A stretch of DNA of 64,000 bases. Origin: Candidatus Nomurabacteria bacterium (GTDB taxonomy: Bacteria > Patescibacteriota > Dojkabacteria > SC72 > JAHDCA01). A model generated the notes under the pieces. It did not search any database and was not told where the DNA came from. It was given only the letters and a program-made list of their open reading frames with translations. Shown in pieces: positions 25,087-35,542 of the stretch (position 1 is the stretch's first letter; the number at the start of each line of letters is the position of its first letter). The translations under genes were made by a program, and so were the position numbers. The stretch is from assembly GCA_020632375.1 (NCBI GenBank), contig JACKFR010000001.1, positions 149,106 through 213,105 on the forward strand, in the 5' to 3' direction.

Positions 25087-26867
25087 AGCTTTACCCCTTC
25101 TGTATACAAAACAAACCCGGTATTCTCAATTGTTCCGACAATAGCAACCTTACCCGTATCAACAAGCTTCTTTAATTTAAGCATCTCTTGACTTGCGTTG
25201 GAGGGGTTTCCGTAAAGAGTATCTTTGTCAACTCTAAAGAATCTTGCATTACCCTCTTTAAGATCTTCAATATTTTGAGAGATACCATATACTTCATTGT
25301 CTCGAACAAAGTTAAGGTCTAAAATCTTGTCTTGGTACCAATCTAGATTGCTGTCTCTGAGGTACAAGTAGCCGTTTTGAGGTCCGCCAACAAATTCATT
25401 GAAATACTCTATGTAATTCGGATGAATCTGTAGAGTCATAAAGATTGAAATAGCAAGCAACGTACCTACTGCGTAGTCCAGATACTTACTCTTTAGACTT
25501 ATTGCTGATATTAGGATTGAGATAAGCAGAAAGATTAGTGGGTACGTAGGCAAGATATGCCTTACTCCAAGGTTTATTGAGCTTTTCATTGCGAGGATAA
25601 TGATTGTTGCTGCTGGAAGAAATATCGCCCACAAAGCCAGCTCTGGCCATCTCAACTTCTTGATTTTGAATGTTTCTCGAATCTTGTAACCTAGATAGAA
25701 GAACGTGCTGAGCACTGAGAGACCGACGGTAATTAAAGTTTCTTTTGTAAAGTATGCGAAGGGGAAGTAATACCACCATCCTTTCTGAGAAAAATGACCA
25801 AGTAGAAATGTTCCATGACCAGTATAGTTGTGCAGAAGTACATTCTCCATAAAACCATTCACATATTGTGGGAAAGGCCATTTAAAGTCTTTATATAGAT
25901 AGATTGCTATATTTGCTGCTCTATCACCATAAGTTCTTCTGATTAAATCAAAATTTCCTTCACGCGACTCAATCTTATATGGATTCCCATAGGTCATCTC
26001 TTCAAGGGTATTGAAGTGAAAACGATACGCAGCAGTTAACAAGATCCCCCATGCAGCGATAATCACAAAGACAGTCTTGGTTGCATGTAGTATTTTCTTC
26101 ATACTACCGCCATTAGAGCGTTTAGATACAAAGAGAAAGAGAATAAATGCCCATATTGGAGCAATCATAAAAGCGGTATATTTTGTTAATATAGCAACAA
26201 ATGCAAGTACGGCGAAAAGAGCAATCTTCTTTTTATTAATATTCTTTTCTTTAAGTACATCGTACAGTGCAATTGAGGCAAGGAAGATTGTAATTGCAGC
26301 TGGAGCGTCTGTTGTCACCAGCCTGCTGTGAGCTATATATGTTGGACTGAACGCTAGCATGAGAGAAGATATAGATGCAACCCTAGTTCTGAACCTCTTT
26401 TGGATAATTAAGTAGTAAGCAATCAGGAATGAGGCATTGATACTTATCATCAGAATTCGTGACGGGTTAAGAACTTTCTTCTCAAAATCTCCTCTTCCTC
26501 CATTTAGATCAAAAAATATATTAGCGAGGTTGTCTTTATCAGCATATTTCCACTCGTCAAGCTTCAAAGATGGAATTTTAACATCTTTATTTAATGCTGT
26601 TGGAATTGCTGGTATTACATTAAATAAGTACGGATGGTGCTGGTTTATCCTTAAATCGCCAGTTTTGAGTGCCATTACGCCTCTAATTAAATGGTACTTC
26701 TCATCGGTTGTTGAGCTTTTGTACAGTATTGAGTTAGTTGCAAGTAAAAAATATATAAGTGCTATAAGTGCAGGGATTACTAAGGTTTTCAATTGCTTAA
26801 TTAAGATCTTTTTCTTGCTCTTCAATGAAATGCTATATAAACTTAAACCGCTTTGGAATTCTACCAA
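25083..26867 (-). CDS. family 39 glycosyltransferase (ArnT/PMT-like, lipid-carrier dependent)
   Basis: 594 aa with more than 10 TM helices and a DE motif in the first loop (TTDEKYHL). The start codon is TTG. Confidence 0.7.
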   Translation of the reverse strand: MVEFQSGLSLYSISLKSKKKILIKQLKTLVIPALIALIYFLLATNSILYKSSTTDEKYHLIRGVMALKTGDLRINQHHPYLFNVIPAIPTALNKDVKIPSLKLDEWKYADKDNLANIFFDLNGGRGDFEKKVLNPSRILMISINASFLIAYYLIIQKRFRTRVASISSLMLAFSPTYIAHSRLVTTDAPAAITIFLASIALYDVLKEKNINKKKIALFAVLAFVAILTKYTAFMIAPIWAFILFLFVSKRSNGGSMKKILHATKTVFVIIAAWGILLTAAYRFHFNTLEEMTYGNPYKIESREGNFDLIRRTYGDRAANIAIYLYKDFKWPFPQYVNGFMENVLLHNYTGHGTFLLGHFSQKGWWYYFPFAYFTKETLITVGLSVLSTFFYLGYKIRETFKIKKLRWPELALWAIFLPAATIIILAMKSSINLGVRHILPTYPLIFLLISILISAISLKSKYLDYAVGTLLAISIFMTLQIHPNYIEYFNEFVGGPQNGYLYLRDSNLDWYQDKILDLNFVRDNEVYGISQNIEDLKEGNARFFRVDKDTLYGNPSNASQEMLKLKKLVDTGKVAIVGTIENTGFVLYTEGVKL

Positions 26868-26890
26868 CTAAACTTACTTAATAACAATAG

Positions 26891-27565
26891 ATGAAAATTG
26901 CGATTCTTGACTATGACGATACGTTATCTACAGGAATAATGAGATATCAGCTGGGAATTGAGATGGAAAAAGCTGGTTTGATTGCAAAAGGGTTTTCTTC
27001 AGAGATTACAGAGCTACAAGATAGTTACGAGAATAGAAAGATTTCATACAATGAAAAATTCTCTGAAGACAAAAAAATCTTTACGAGATATTACACAGGA
27101 GTTAAACGACTTGATATGGTCAGGTTCCTTGAAGAGAGGTATGGCTTAGAGAAATACATTAAGCCGTGGGCAGCAAAATTAATAAACCAACTTAAGCAGC
27201 TCGGCTTCTTAACCGTAATTATAAGTGGCAGCTGGGATTTTATTATCGAAGAAGCTCAAAAGTATTTGGACTTCGATTCGTTTTTTGCTTCTGAAATGGA
27301 GTTTGCAGACGGGAAGTTTACAGGCAGGTATAAGCGAATTCTTGATTATAAAGCGAAAGAGCTTTATTCAAAACAAACTTTACACGGATCAGATTTTTCT
27401 ATTGGACTAGGTGACTCACAAGCCGATCTATCTTTCTTACAGCATGTAGACAAAGGCTTTTTATATCTTCCAGATGAGAGAGTTTTAGAAGCCAGCTTGG
27501 CTCAGAAGTTAGCTATTGTCAATGATAAAAATGTCCTCTCTTCGATTACTGAGGCAATTCAGTAA
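26891..27565 (+). CDS. HAD-IB family hydrolase
   Basis: 224 aa with motif I IAILDYDDTL, motif II VIISGS and motif III GLGDSQADL. Confidence 0.75.
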   Translation: MKIAILDYDDTLSTGIMRYQLGIEMEKAGLIAKGFSSEITELQDSYENRKISYNEKFSEDKKIFTRYYTGVKRLDMVRFLEERYGLEKYIKPWAAKLINQLKQLGFLTVIISGSWDFIIEEAQKYLDFDSFFASEMEFADGKFTGRYKRILDYKAKELYSKQTLHGSDFSIGLGDSQADLSFLQHVDKGFLYLPDERVLEASLAQKLAIVNDKNVLSSITEAIQ

Positions 27566-29783
27566 GAAGTGGAGATCTCTTGTTTGATGGAGAGAGAATG
27601 TAAAGCCTATGCAATGCCCTTGTAATTGCAACATAGAACAGTCTCACGTCTAAAGCAGATTCTGTATATTTTTCATTGTCTACATCCGCAAGTATTACTG
27701 CATCGAACTCAAGCCCTTTGGCATTTTTAATTGGTAAAACCAAGACTCCTGTGTGGTAGTCTTTTTCTCTATAGCTGTAAATTGCCTGAGAAAATCGATT
27801 TTCATTCTTTTTTAATTCTTCATAAATAAAATCTGCATGGTTTTCATCTTTGCAGATAATTGCGGTTGTCGTTGACTCCAACGTTTCTTCTTCTTTTAGA
27901 ATTTTAATGATCTCATTTACCCCTGAGCCTAGCTCTTTGACAGAGTCGCCATGCCTCAAAACTGCTTCAGGTAGCTTGTATTCAGCTGGAAAGTATTTCT
28001 TAAAGACCTTATTTGCAAATTCAATAATCTCAACGGTTGTCCTGTAACACCTGTGCAGCTGATGGTAGGAGACTTGTTTTTCCGTTTTAATGGTATGATT
28101 AAAATCTTCAATAAAGTCATCCCAGCTATCTATGTAAAATGGAGGTATTATTGACTGTGCCAGGTCTCCAGCGTATGTGATATTTTGTCTCTTAGCGATT
28201 TTAGCTAACCCTAAAAGCTGGAATGTACTGAGATCTTGTGCTTCATCAACAACAATGTAGTCTTTTATATAATCTTTAGCACCATAGATTTTTAGGTGTA
28301 GCCATACAAGCGCAGCCATATCTTCCGACTTGTAAAACCTATAACCTCCTTTACCTCCTTTAAAGACTGCGGCAGTTTCTTTTATGGCTTCCTGCCAAAT
28401 CTCTTTGAGAGTTTCAGGTACGAGGTCTGAGTTGCGTTTACTACCAGTAAATAGCGCTTTATATATTTTATAAGGATCGAGCGTTCGCGTTATATAAGCT
28501 TTAATTTTCTTCCTTTTTTCTTCTTCTAGATTAACCCCCATGACGAGTGTACCAGCTTTTTGTTTTTTAAAAGATTCTTGTGCGAAAGCAAAATCGATTG
28601 CAAGCTCAAGTGCCTCGTACCGAGAAAGATCTGGATGGCTTTTATGTAGGTCATAATATCTGTCTTGAACAATATAGCTTATCGATCCTGGCATCTTTTC
28701 AAAGAATTCTTCTTCAAACTGTTCATAATACTTGTCTATAATCTCTGTAAACGCTCTTGAGCCCTTAAACCTCATAACTTCTAAATTATCAGGCGAATTA
28801 GAAATAACAAACTTTTCTTTCTGATTTAGCAGGCTTTTAGCCCACGATATATAAGTATTCTGGGCAAGGCCTTTTACTCCAAGGCTTGGTAAAACGTCTG
28901 ATATATAGTCTAAAAAAACCGCATTCGGGGCAATAATTAACGAATTCTCTGGCTTAATATTTTTGTTATGGGCAAAGAAGAGGTATGCCAGGCGGTGAAG
29001 GATTATTGTTGTCTTTCCAGATCCGGCAACCCCTTGTATTACGACTGGCTTATTGATTTCTTCTCTAATAATCCTATTTTGCTGAGATTGGATTGTCGAT
29101 ACTATTTCTGCAAGCTTTTTACCAATTCTTTTATTAAGTTGGCTAAGCAAAAATTCATCAGCTGCAACATTTCCGCTTTTAGTATCATATATATGCTGGA
29201 TGCGTGCATTTGAGATTTCAAACTGGCGTCGCTGTGTTAGGTCTCCTTTCTGTTCTCCGGCGGGTGCTATAAAACTTACATTATCTTTTATTCCACTGTA
29301 TTCGTAGTAGAGATTGGCTATTGGTGCTCTCCAATCAGTGACAACTGCTTTGTTTGTTGCTTTATCAAAAAGTGCGAATTTCCCGATATACACACTCATC
29401 TTTTTTGAAGGATAAAGTCCATTTTTTCTACGATCAAAAACGATCTTTCCGAAGTAAGGTGAGTCCAGTTGGTCAAGGTTTTGATTCATTCTATCGACAA
29501 GCTCAGACATCTGTCGCAAAAGCTTGTTATAATAGCCGACAGCATCAGATTTGTCATCTCCAGTTTCGTGGTCAACGGCCCAGATTGCATCTTCAATCTC
29601 CTTTGTTAGGCCGTTCATCCGATTAAGCTGAGCTTGTAAATCTTTCCCTAAAGTACCTGATGTCTTTATAAGATAGGGATATTCCTTAGATTCAAGTGGG
29701 GTTTCTGGCTTAACCAGTGAGAAGTCTAGAACCTCGTTGAGATTCTTAAAAATAGGTCTTAAGTACTTACGGAAGTCCTGCAT
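27546..29783 (-). CDS. helD: UvrD-like helicase, HelD/helicase IV type
   Basis: 745 aa with Walker A VIQGVAGSGKTTIILHRLAYLFF, motif II VVDEAQD, an N-terminal HelD-like region (SPYFGKIVFD) and C-terminal FYVAITRA. Confidence 0.8.
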   Translation of the reverse strand: MQDFRKYLRPIFKNLNEVLDFSLVKPETPLESKEYPYLIKTSGTLGKDLQAQLNRMNGLTKEIEDAIWAVDHETGDDKSDAVGYYNKLLRQMSELVDRMNQNLDQLDSPYFGKIVFDRRKNGLYPSKKMSVYIGKFALFDKATNKAVVTDWRAPIANLYYEYSGIKDNVSFIAPAGEQKGDLTQRRQFEISNARIQHIYDTKSGNVAADEFLLSQLNKRIGKKLAEIVSTIQSQQNRIIREEINKPVVIQGVAGSGKTTIILHRLAYLFFAHNKNIKPENSLIIAPNAVFLDYISDVLPSLGVKGLAQNTYISWAKSLLNQKEKFVISNSPDNLEVMRFKGSRAFTEIIDKYYEQFEEEFFEKMPGSISYIVQDRYYDLHKSHPDLSRYEALELAIDFAFAQESFKKQKAGTLVMGVNLEEEKRKKIKAYITRTLDPYKIYKALFTGSKRNSDLVPETLKEIWQEAIKETAAVFKGGKGGYRFYKSEDMAALVWLHLKIYGAKDYIKDYIVVDEAQDLSTFQLLGLAKIAKRQNITYAGDLAQSIIPPFYIDSWDDFIEDFNHTIKTEKQVSYHQLHRCYRTTVEIIEFANKVFKKYFPAEYKLPEAVLRHGDSVKELGSGVNEIIKILKEEETLESTTTAIICKDENHADFIYEELKKNENRFSQAIYSYREKDYHTGVLVLPIKNAKGLEFDAVILADVDNEKYTESALDVRLFYVAITRALHRLYILSPSNKRSPLLTELPQ

Positions 29784-29838
29784 CTATTTGGGTAGTAAAC
29801 TGAGAGCCATGCTACAGTAAAAATTAGATTCTGTCAAG

Positions 29839-29865
29839 AAAAAGGGGCTATTAAAAGCCCCTTTT
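29839..29865 (-). terminator. rho-independent (bidirectional-looking) terminator
   Basis: The sequence is aaaaaGGGGCtattaaaaGCCCCtttt. The GC stem is flanked by an A run and a T run, and it lies downstream of the 29892..30716 gene. Confidence 0.65.
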
Positions 29866-29891
29866 GTTTCTGCCTTAAATTTAGACTTCAT

Positions 29892-30716
29892 TTAGATTGA
29901 AAGAGGGGCCTTAATATTAACCTCTTTGTTAACTGACTGGTACTCAATCTGAGTAGTAAAATTTGTTACTGTCATTTTAAAAAGGCTGGGAAAATTATAA
30001 ACAAGATTGTCCATGCTTACATATTCTCTTACTGGTTCAGAAGTATTTTGATCTACCCATACAGTATAGCTTGTATCTCCTGCTTTTATTTCTACATCAG
30101 AGAAATCTACTCCATACTGCGTAAGTGAGTCTGAGGTTAGACCGTCTTTCACGGCAGAATCCAAAACCTCTTGAAGGGCATTTCCATCAAGAGTAACCTC
30201 ATACCTAAATGTGTCTCTTCCGTCTATTACCTCCGTCCCAACAAGTTTATATTCAGCGTCATCATCAAGATCCTGGAGAACTTTACCCTCATTAAATCCT
30301 TCTGAATCAGATGATACATACTGGTCTAGTTCACTCTTCTCAATTTTACTTGTTTGGCCTCCAATAGTCGCATATGCTTCATCACCAATCTTATAAATTG
30401 TGAATTCTTGGTTACCAAGTTCGCCAAGGTCGAGTAAGATCTTGACATACATATCACCCTTTTCTATATCAAAAGCACCTTCGCCGGATGTGGCAAAATT
30501 GATAGGATCGAGCTCCTTATTATAGCTCTCAAACTCATATTCAATGCGCATCTTTTGCTCAAAAGTAAACTCAGCCGAGTTGATGTCTTTTGAAATTTCT
30601 CTTGCTTCTGCAAACGCTCTGTTCGGACGGATAAATGTTCTATATCCGAACCACCCTCCTGCCGCTACTAGCAGCACCCCGATAATTCCTGCAATAACTA
30701 AAACTTTTTTGTTCAT
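29892..30716 (-). CDS. membrane-anchored secreted protein (hypothetical, LolA/LppX-like size and composition)
   Basis: 274 aa with an N-terminal TM. No diagnostic motif recognised. Confidence 0.5.
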   Translation of the reverse strand: MNKKVLVIAGIIGVLLVAAGGWFGYRTFIRPNRAFAEAREISKDINSAEFTFEQKMRIEYEFESYNKELDPINFATSGEGAFDIEKGDMYVKILLDLGELGNQEFTIYKIGDEAYATIGGQTSKIEKSELDQYVSSDSEGFNEGKVLQDLDDDAEYKLVGTEVIDGRDTFRYEVTLDGNALQEVLDSAVKDGLTSDSLTQYGVDFSDVEIKAGDTSYTVWVDQNTSEPVREYVSMDNLVYNFPSLFKMTVTNFTTQIEYQSVNKEVNIKAPLSI

Positions 30717-30774
30717 ACTGTGTATAGAAAATTTAATCTGTATAGATTATACATGAATAAATGCCTCTGAGAAG

Positions 30775-31863
30775 TCACTTACTAGTGACATCGCCCGTGA
30801 TAACTCCGCTTCCGAGACACTTATCATTTTTGTAAAATGCGAGAAATTGACCAGGAGATGGTGACCACGCAGCTTCCGAAAGATGTATCACGGGAAGGCT
30901 GTTATTGATACCGGTAAAGCCTTCTATTGGAATAAGCTTTCCTCTGTGCCGGATTCTTGCCGTCAGCTTTTGACCTTTATCGAAGATATCTCCAATATGC
31001 CCTGAGATTGCTTTTACCGCAGCTAGTTTAATGTCTTTTTTCCATAGGGCTGGATTTTCTTTACCAAGTGCTACATAAAGAATATTTCTTTCTGAGTCTT
31101 TTTGTGCTACAAAGTAAGGTTTTGGCGACCCACCTACCTGGATTCCTTTCCTTTGTCCTTCTGTATAAAACCAGACACCACGGTGATCGCCTATCTCTTT
31201 TCCGCTATCTATATCAACAATCTTTCCTTTGCGCGGCTTTATCTTTTGTTCCAAAAAATCTCTTAGCTCTATCTTCCCAACGAAACAAATCCCTTGGCTA
31301 TCTTTTCGTTTTGCATTGGGCAAGTCGATGCTTTTAGCTATTTGGCGAGTTTTATCTTTGGTGAGTCTGCCTAGCGGAAAGAGTGTTTTCTCCAACTGAT
31401 TAGAGCCTAAACGAGAGAGAAAATATGTCTGGTCCTTCTCTCTGTCTGCTGATAAGAAAAGATTTCCTTCTTCCGTCCTAGCGTAGTGCCCTGTTGCAAT
31501 ATAATCAGCACCTTCTGAGACGGCTTTTTCTAAAAAGGCGTTAAACTTTATATATTTGTTACAGAGTATGTCTGGGTTGGGAGTATTTCCTAGCTGGTAT
31601 TGCTTAAAAAAATAATCCATAACATGTTTTCTGTATTCTTTTTCGAAGTTGTATGTTCTGTGTTCTATTTTAAGATGTTTACAAACTCTTATCGATTCCT
31701 GTAAATCTTCTTCCCATGGACATTCATCTGTAATTCCATAGTCTTCTCCAGACCAGTTTTTCATAAATACTCCAGTTAGTTCGTATCCCTGCGTTTTGAG
31801 AAGGTGTGCTGCCACAGCACTGTCTACTCCGCCTGATATTCCGACAAAGACTTTCTTTTTCAT
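30775..31863 (-). CDS. mnmA: tRNA-specific 2-thiouridylase
   Basis: 362 aa with the PP-loop VGISGGVDSAVAAHLL, NPDILCN and DSQGICFVG. Confidence 0.93.
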   Translation of the reverse strand: MKKKVFVGISGGVDSAVAAHLLKTQGYELTGVFMKNWSGEDYGITDECPWEEDLQESIRVCKHLKIEHRTYNFEKEYRKHVMDYFFKQYQLGNTPNPDILCNKYIKFNAFLEKAVSEGADYIATGHYARTEEGNLFLSADREKDQTYFLSRLGSNQLEKTLFPLGRLTKDKTRQIAKSIDLPNAKRKDSQGICFVGKIELRDFLEQKIKPRKGKIVDIDSGKEIGDHRGVWFYTEGQRKGIQVGGSPKPYFVAQKDSERNILYVALGKENPALWKKDIKLAAVKAISGHIGDIFDKGQKLTARIRHRGKLIPIEGFTGINNSLPVIHLSEAAWSPSPGQFLAFYKNDKCLGSGVITGDVTSK

Positions 31864-31912
31864 GAGAAGAATTATATCATCTGAACTAGTTTAACTGTGA
31901 AATCAAGGGTTT

Positions 31913-32449
31913 ATGAAAAAGGTACAGCGTAAACAGCTCATTGCAATCTTGATTCTTCTCTTGGTCTCTTTAGCTTGCATAATCATCTCTGCTGTAAAGG
32001 TCAGTCGTGAAGACCCATACCTTAGGCTTAAAAATAATCTCGAAAAAGACAACGGTTTAGAATATACAAATAGCTATATAGTATTTAGAACATCAGAAGG
32101 AGACAAGAGAGTAGAGGTAGAAGTAGCAGATTCTGCGGATAAAAGAACTTTGGGGTTGATGTTTAGAGAGAGGCTTGAAGACGGTTCCGGAATACTGTTT
32201 ATATTTGATACCGAGGTAGATCATCCATTTTGGATGAAGAATACACTTATACCTTTAGATATGATATTTATAGGAGGCTCAGATCAAGTTGTCGCTCTTA
32301 TAGAAAATGCAACTCCTTGTGAAAAAGATCCGTGTACCAGATATTTCCCAGGGGAAAAGTACGACAGAGTTGTCGAAGTGAATTCAGGCTGGGTAGGGGA
32401 GAATGGGGTAGAAGTAGGGGACCCGGTTGTTATAACTCAAGCCCCCTGA
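31913..32449 (+). CDS. DUF192-domain protein
   Basis: 178 aa with an N-terminal TM and RTLGLMFRE...GILFIF...FWMKNTLIPLDMIFI, characteristic of DUF192. Confidence 0.75.
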   Translation: MKKVQRKQLIAILILLLVSLACIIISAVKVSREDPYLRLKNNLEKDNGLEYTNSYIVFRTSEGDKRVEVEVADSADKRTLGLMFRERLEDGSGILFIFDTEVDHPFWMKNTLIPLDMIFIGGSDQVVALIENATPCEKDPCTRYFPGEKYDRVVEVNSGWVGENGVEVGDPVVITQAP

Positions 32450-32453
32450 TCAA

Positions 32454-33071
32454 TTACATTGAGTCAATTGAGTTCATTACTGATTGAACCTTCGCACCCC
32501 ATGTAGGACACTGATAACAGTAATATTGTCCGATTTCATAAGGAGTATCAGCACCTTTGTCAAAGTAGCCGGTTCTTAAGATCTTCGCATGTGTTTCAAT
32601 TGCCTGGTCAAAACTTGTAAATACATAAGGATTTACTTGTCCACCCATTCCTGCATAGTTGTAAGGTCTATAGTTGTGAAGACCACCGCTAGATTCAATA
32701 ATAGAGATTGCAGGCATAAGGTTATATGGTAGGTCATATTTTTGAGCCATCCTTACAAAAGTTTCTGCATGATCAGCTAAAGGTGCACCTCTTTTAGCAA
32801 GATATGCTCTAATCTTTCTGACCTGTTCTTTGTCGAGATTTATGTCTTTTAGCTTCTCATCAATTGACTTGATATTGAGCTCCTCATGAGACTCGTCCAA
32901 TTGTGGAGGCAGAAAATATGACTCTTCAGTAGAAGAGGCAGCGTATACAGGGTTGCTTATAGCAATCGCTTCATTTCTGTTTGGAGTTGCGACATTTACG
33001 ACTTGACCTAAAACAAGGACACAAGCTGTAATTGATAAAATTGTCTTTTTAGCAGATAATGATAAACTCAT
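32454..33071 (-). CDS. secreted lysozyme-like / transglycosylase-like protein (putative)
   Basis: 205 aa with a signal peptide. The block AISIIESSGG (Glu-Ser) and a C-terminal CYQCPTWG are shared with the paralog at 46806..47528. Confidence 0.45.
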   Translation of the reverse strand: MSLSLSAKKTILSITACVLVLGQVVNVATPNRNEAIAISNPVYAASSTEESYFLPPQLDESHEELNIKSIDEKLKDINLDKEQVRKIRAYLAKRGAPLADHAETFVRMAQKYDLPYNLMPAISIIESSGGLHNYRPYNYAGMGGQVNPYVFTSFDQAIETHAKILRTGYFDKGADTPYEIGQYYCYQCPTWGAKVQSVMNSIDSM

Positions 33072-33203
33072 TTGCTCTTAATAAAAGATTAGTTTATATA
33101 TTATCTATACTAATTATAGCATACTATAGGATTTAAGTCCAGTTGCGTGGTATATTAAAATGCCAGTGTAACAACATAATTTCTAATTTATTACTTTACT
33201 ACT

Positions 33204-33827
33204 ATGCAACATTTACTTCTTTCAGTTGCTTCTTGGATTGAATCTTTAATATCTTCACTTGGTTATTGGGGAATTTTTATTGGTATGGTTATTGAATCCG
33301 CAAGTATACCGCTGCCATCCGAGATTATTATGGGGTTTGCGGGGTATCTTGTATTTAAGGGAGAAATGACTGTTTTATTGGCAGGTCTAGTTGGTGCCTT
33401 AGGAAATATTACCGGCTCAACTATAATGTATACATTAGGAATAAAAGGTGGAAGACCGCTTTTAAACAAGTACGGGCGTTATATAAGGATTAAAAAAGAA
33501 GAAATCGAGAGATCAGATAAGTGGTTTCAGAGATGGGGGGATGAAACTGTTTTTGTCTCTCAGCTTTTGCCCGGAATAAGAACATTTGTCTCGTTTCCTG
33601 CAGGAATATTAAGAATAAACTTTGTAAAATTTATTACATATACTTTTCTCGGGGCCCTTATTTGGTGTACAGCACTTGCGTTTTTCGCTTTCAAATTAGG
33701 AGAAAACTGGGAGAAACTTTCTGAAGTAATCCATAAAGTCCAGTATGGGCTAGCTGGGGTTGTTTTAGTTGGAGTCGCATGGTTTCTGTATACCCGAATT
33801 AATAAAAGAAAAGCACGTTCTAACTAA
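33204..33827 (+). CDS. DedA family membrane protein
   Basis: 207 aa with GYWGIFIGMVIESASIPLPSEII and the FVSQLLPGIRTFVSFPAG DedA signatures. Confidence 0.88.
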   Translation: MQHLLLSVASWIESLISSLGYWGIFIGMVIESASIPLPSEIIMGFAGYLVFKGEMTVLLAGLVGALGNITGSTIMYTLGIKGGRPLLNKYGRYIRIKKEEIERSDKWFQRWGDETVFVSQLLPGIRTFVSFPAGILRINFVKFITYTFLGALIWCTALAFFAFKLGENWEKLSEVIHKVQYGLAGVVLVGVAWFLYTRINKRKARSN

Positions 33828-33833
33828 GAAACC

Positions 33834-35381
33834 TTATTTAGAAAACAAACTTATCCCAGACATTCCGTCTGGCTGGGTAATATTCATTAGCTGAAGAATT
33901 GTAGGTGCAATATCTGAAAGACTTCCGAATCTAAGAGTCTTGCCTTGTAGGGCACTGCTTACTATAACGAATGGAACAGGATTTAAAGAATGTTCTGTAT
34001 CTATCTCTCCCGAATCGAGTTTAATCACTTCTTCAACATTTCCATGGTCTGCAGTTAAAATCACAATTCCACCATGTGAAACAAATCTTTTTACTAATCG
34101 ATCGATGCACTGATCTACTACGCTGACGGCTTTGATGCAGGCTTCCAAGTTACCTGTATGCCCGACCATATCTGTATTTGCAAGATTTAAAACAAAAAAG
34201 TCGTAAATCATTAAGTCAATTCGATGTTCAAGTGCTTGAGTCACTTCTAAGGCACTCATTTCAGGCTTCATGTCATATGTCGGTACATTAGGTGATTGTA
34301 TTTCAATTCTGTCTTCACCGGGATATTTTATTGCAATTCCACCGTTAAAAAAGTATGTCACGTGAGGAAATTTTTCTGATTCTGCTATTCGTAGCTGTTT
34401 TAGACCAACCTCCGAGATTATTCGCCCAAGAGAAAGAGTAATATATTCTTTAGGCATTAAAACATTCTGGGGAAAGTCTTTTCGGTAAGCAACCATGCTT
34501 GCAAAAAAAAGATTGGGAAGCTTTTGCACAGGAAAGTCAGAGAAGTCTTCTTGGATAAAGGCATCTGTCAGTTGGAGAGCTCTGTCACTACGATAATTCA
34601 TGTATATGACCGCATCATTCGCTTTTATAGTAGGCAGGCTGCCTTGGTCTGGAATCATGACAGGTTCAATATATTCATCAGTTTGTTTTTGGTCATATGC
34701 CGCTTTCAGGCCTTCTTGCCAATTGTTTACTTTGGTCGCCTTACCGTTTACCAGCATATCGTAGGCTTTTTGGGTTCGTTCCCATTTTTTGTTTCGGTCC
34801 ATTGCAAATGCTCTTCCGCACATTGAAGCAATACGCCCAATTTTCGTTGAATCGATCTTTTTTTGAACTTTTGACAAATAGTCAGCCGCGGCAGTCGGAC
34901 TCGTATCTCGACCATCTGTGAAGGCCTGTATATAAAGCTTTCCTTTGTAATTCTTTTTTGAAAAATATTCAATTACTGCTAAAAAGTGGTCTGTATGTGC
35001 ATGAACTGCGCCATCACTTAAACATCCAATAAGGTGTACTGCGCCGTTGTTTTGCTGTACATGCATTAAAACGCTTTCAAGAGTTTTATTTGAAAAGAAA
35101 GCGCCAGTTTGAATTGCTTTATTAATCTTCGGCAAGTTTTGGAGAATAACCTTTCCCGAACCTATGTTCATGTGTCCAACCTCACTGTTCCCGTATATTC
35201 CGGGTGGAAGTCCTACTGCTTCACCTGAGGCTTTAAGATATGTATGAGGATATGCGTCCCAATATTTAATAAGGTTTTGAGGTTTTGAGAGGCTTACTGC
35301 ATTGCCTCTATTGGCTGGGGCTACTCCAAGCCCATCCATGATAATCAACAGCACTTTTGTTCGCTCTTTTCCTTGGGGCAT
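33834..35381 (-). CDS. gpmI: 2,3-bisphosphoglycerate-independent phosphoglycerate mutase
   Basis: 515 aa with LLIIMDGLGVAP, GNSEVGHMNIGSG and TADHGN. Confidence 0.93.
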   Translation of the reverse strand: MPQGKERTKVLLIIMDGLGVAPANRGNAVSLSKPQNLIKYWDAYPHTYLKASGEAVGLPPGIYGNSEVGHMNIGSGKVILQNLPKINKAIQTGAFFSNKTLESVLMHVQQNNGAVHLIGCLSDGAVHAHTDHFLAVIEYFSKKNYKGKLYIQAFTDGRDTSPTAAADYLSKVQKKIDSTKIGRIASMCGRAFAMDRNKKWERTQKAYDMLVNGKATKVNNWQEGLKAAYDQKQTDEYIEPVMIPDQGSLPTIKANDAVIYMNYRSDRALQLTDAFIQEDFSDFPVQKLPNLFFASMVAYRKDFPQNVLMPKEYITLSLGRIISEVGLKQLRIAESEKFPHVTYFFNGGIAIKYPGEDRIEIQSPNVPTYDMKPEMSALEVTQALEHRIDLMIYDFFVLNLANTDMVGHTGNLEACIKAVSVVDQCIDRLVKRFVSHGGIVILTADHGNVEEVIKLDSGEIDTEHSLNPVPFVIVSSALQGKTLRFGSLSDIAPTILQLMNITQPDGMSGISLFSK

Positions 35382-35542
35382 TTGTTTGAAGTGCTAGAAG
35401 AAGTTATTTATCAATAAATTCTGGCATAAATCAGAAAATTATTCTATAATGTCGCCAGTCAATTTTACACCTATTACTGGCGATATCAATAGCCGTTTTA
35501 GCACAAATTGTTTTCTGAAGCTTAATATTTAACTAGCTAGAA

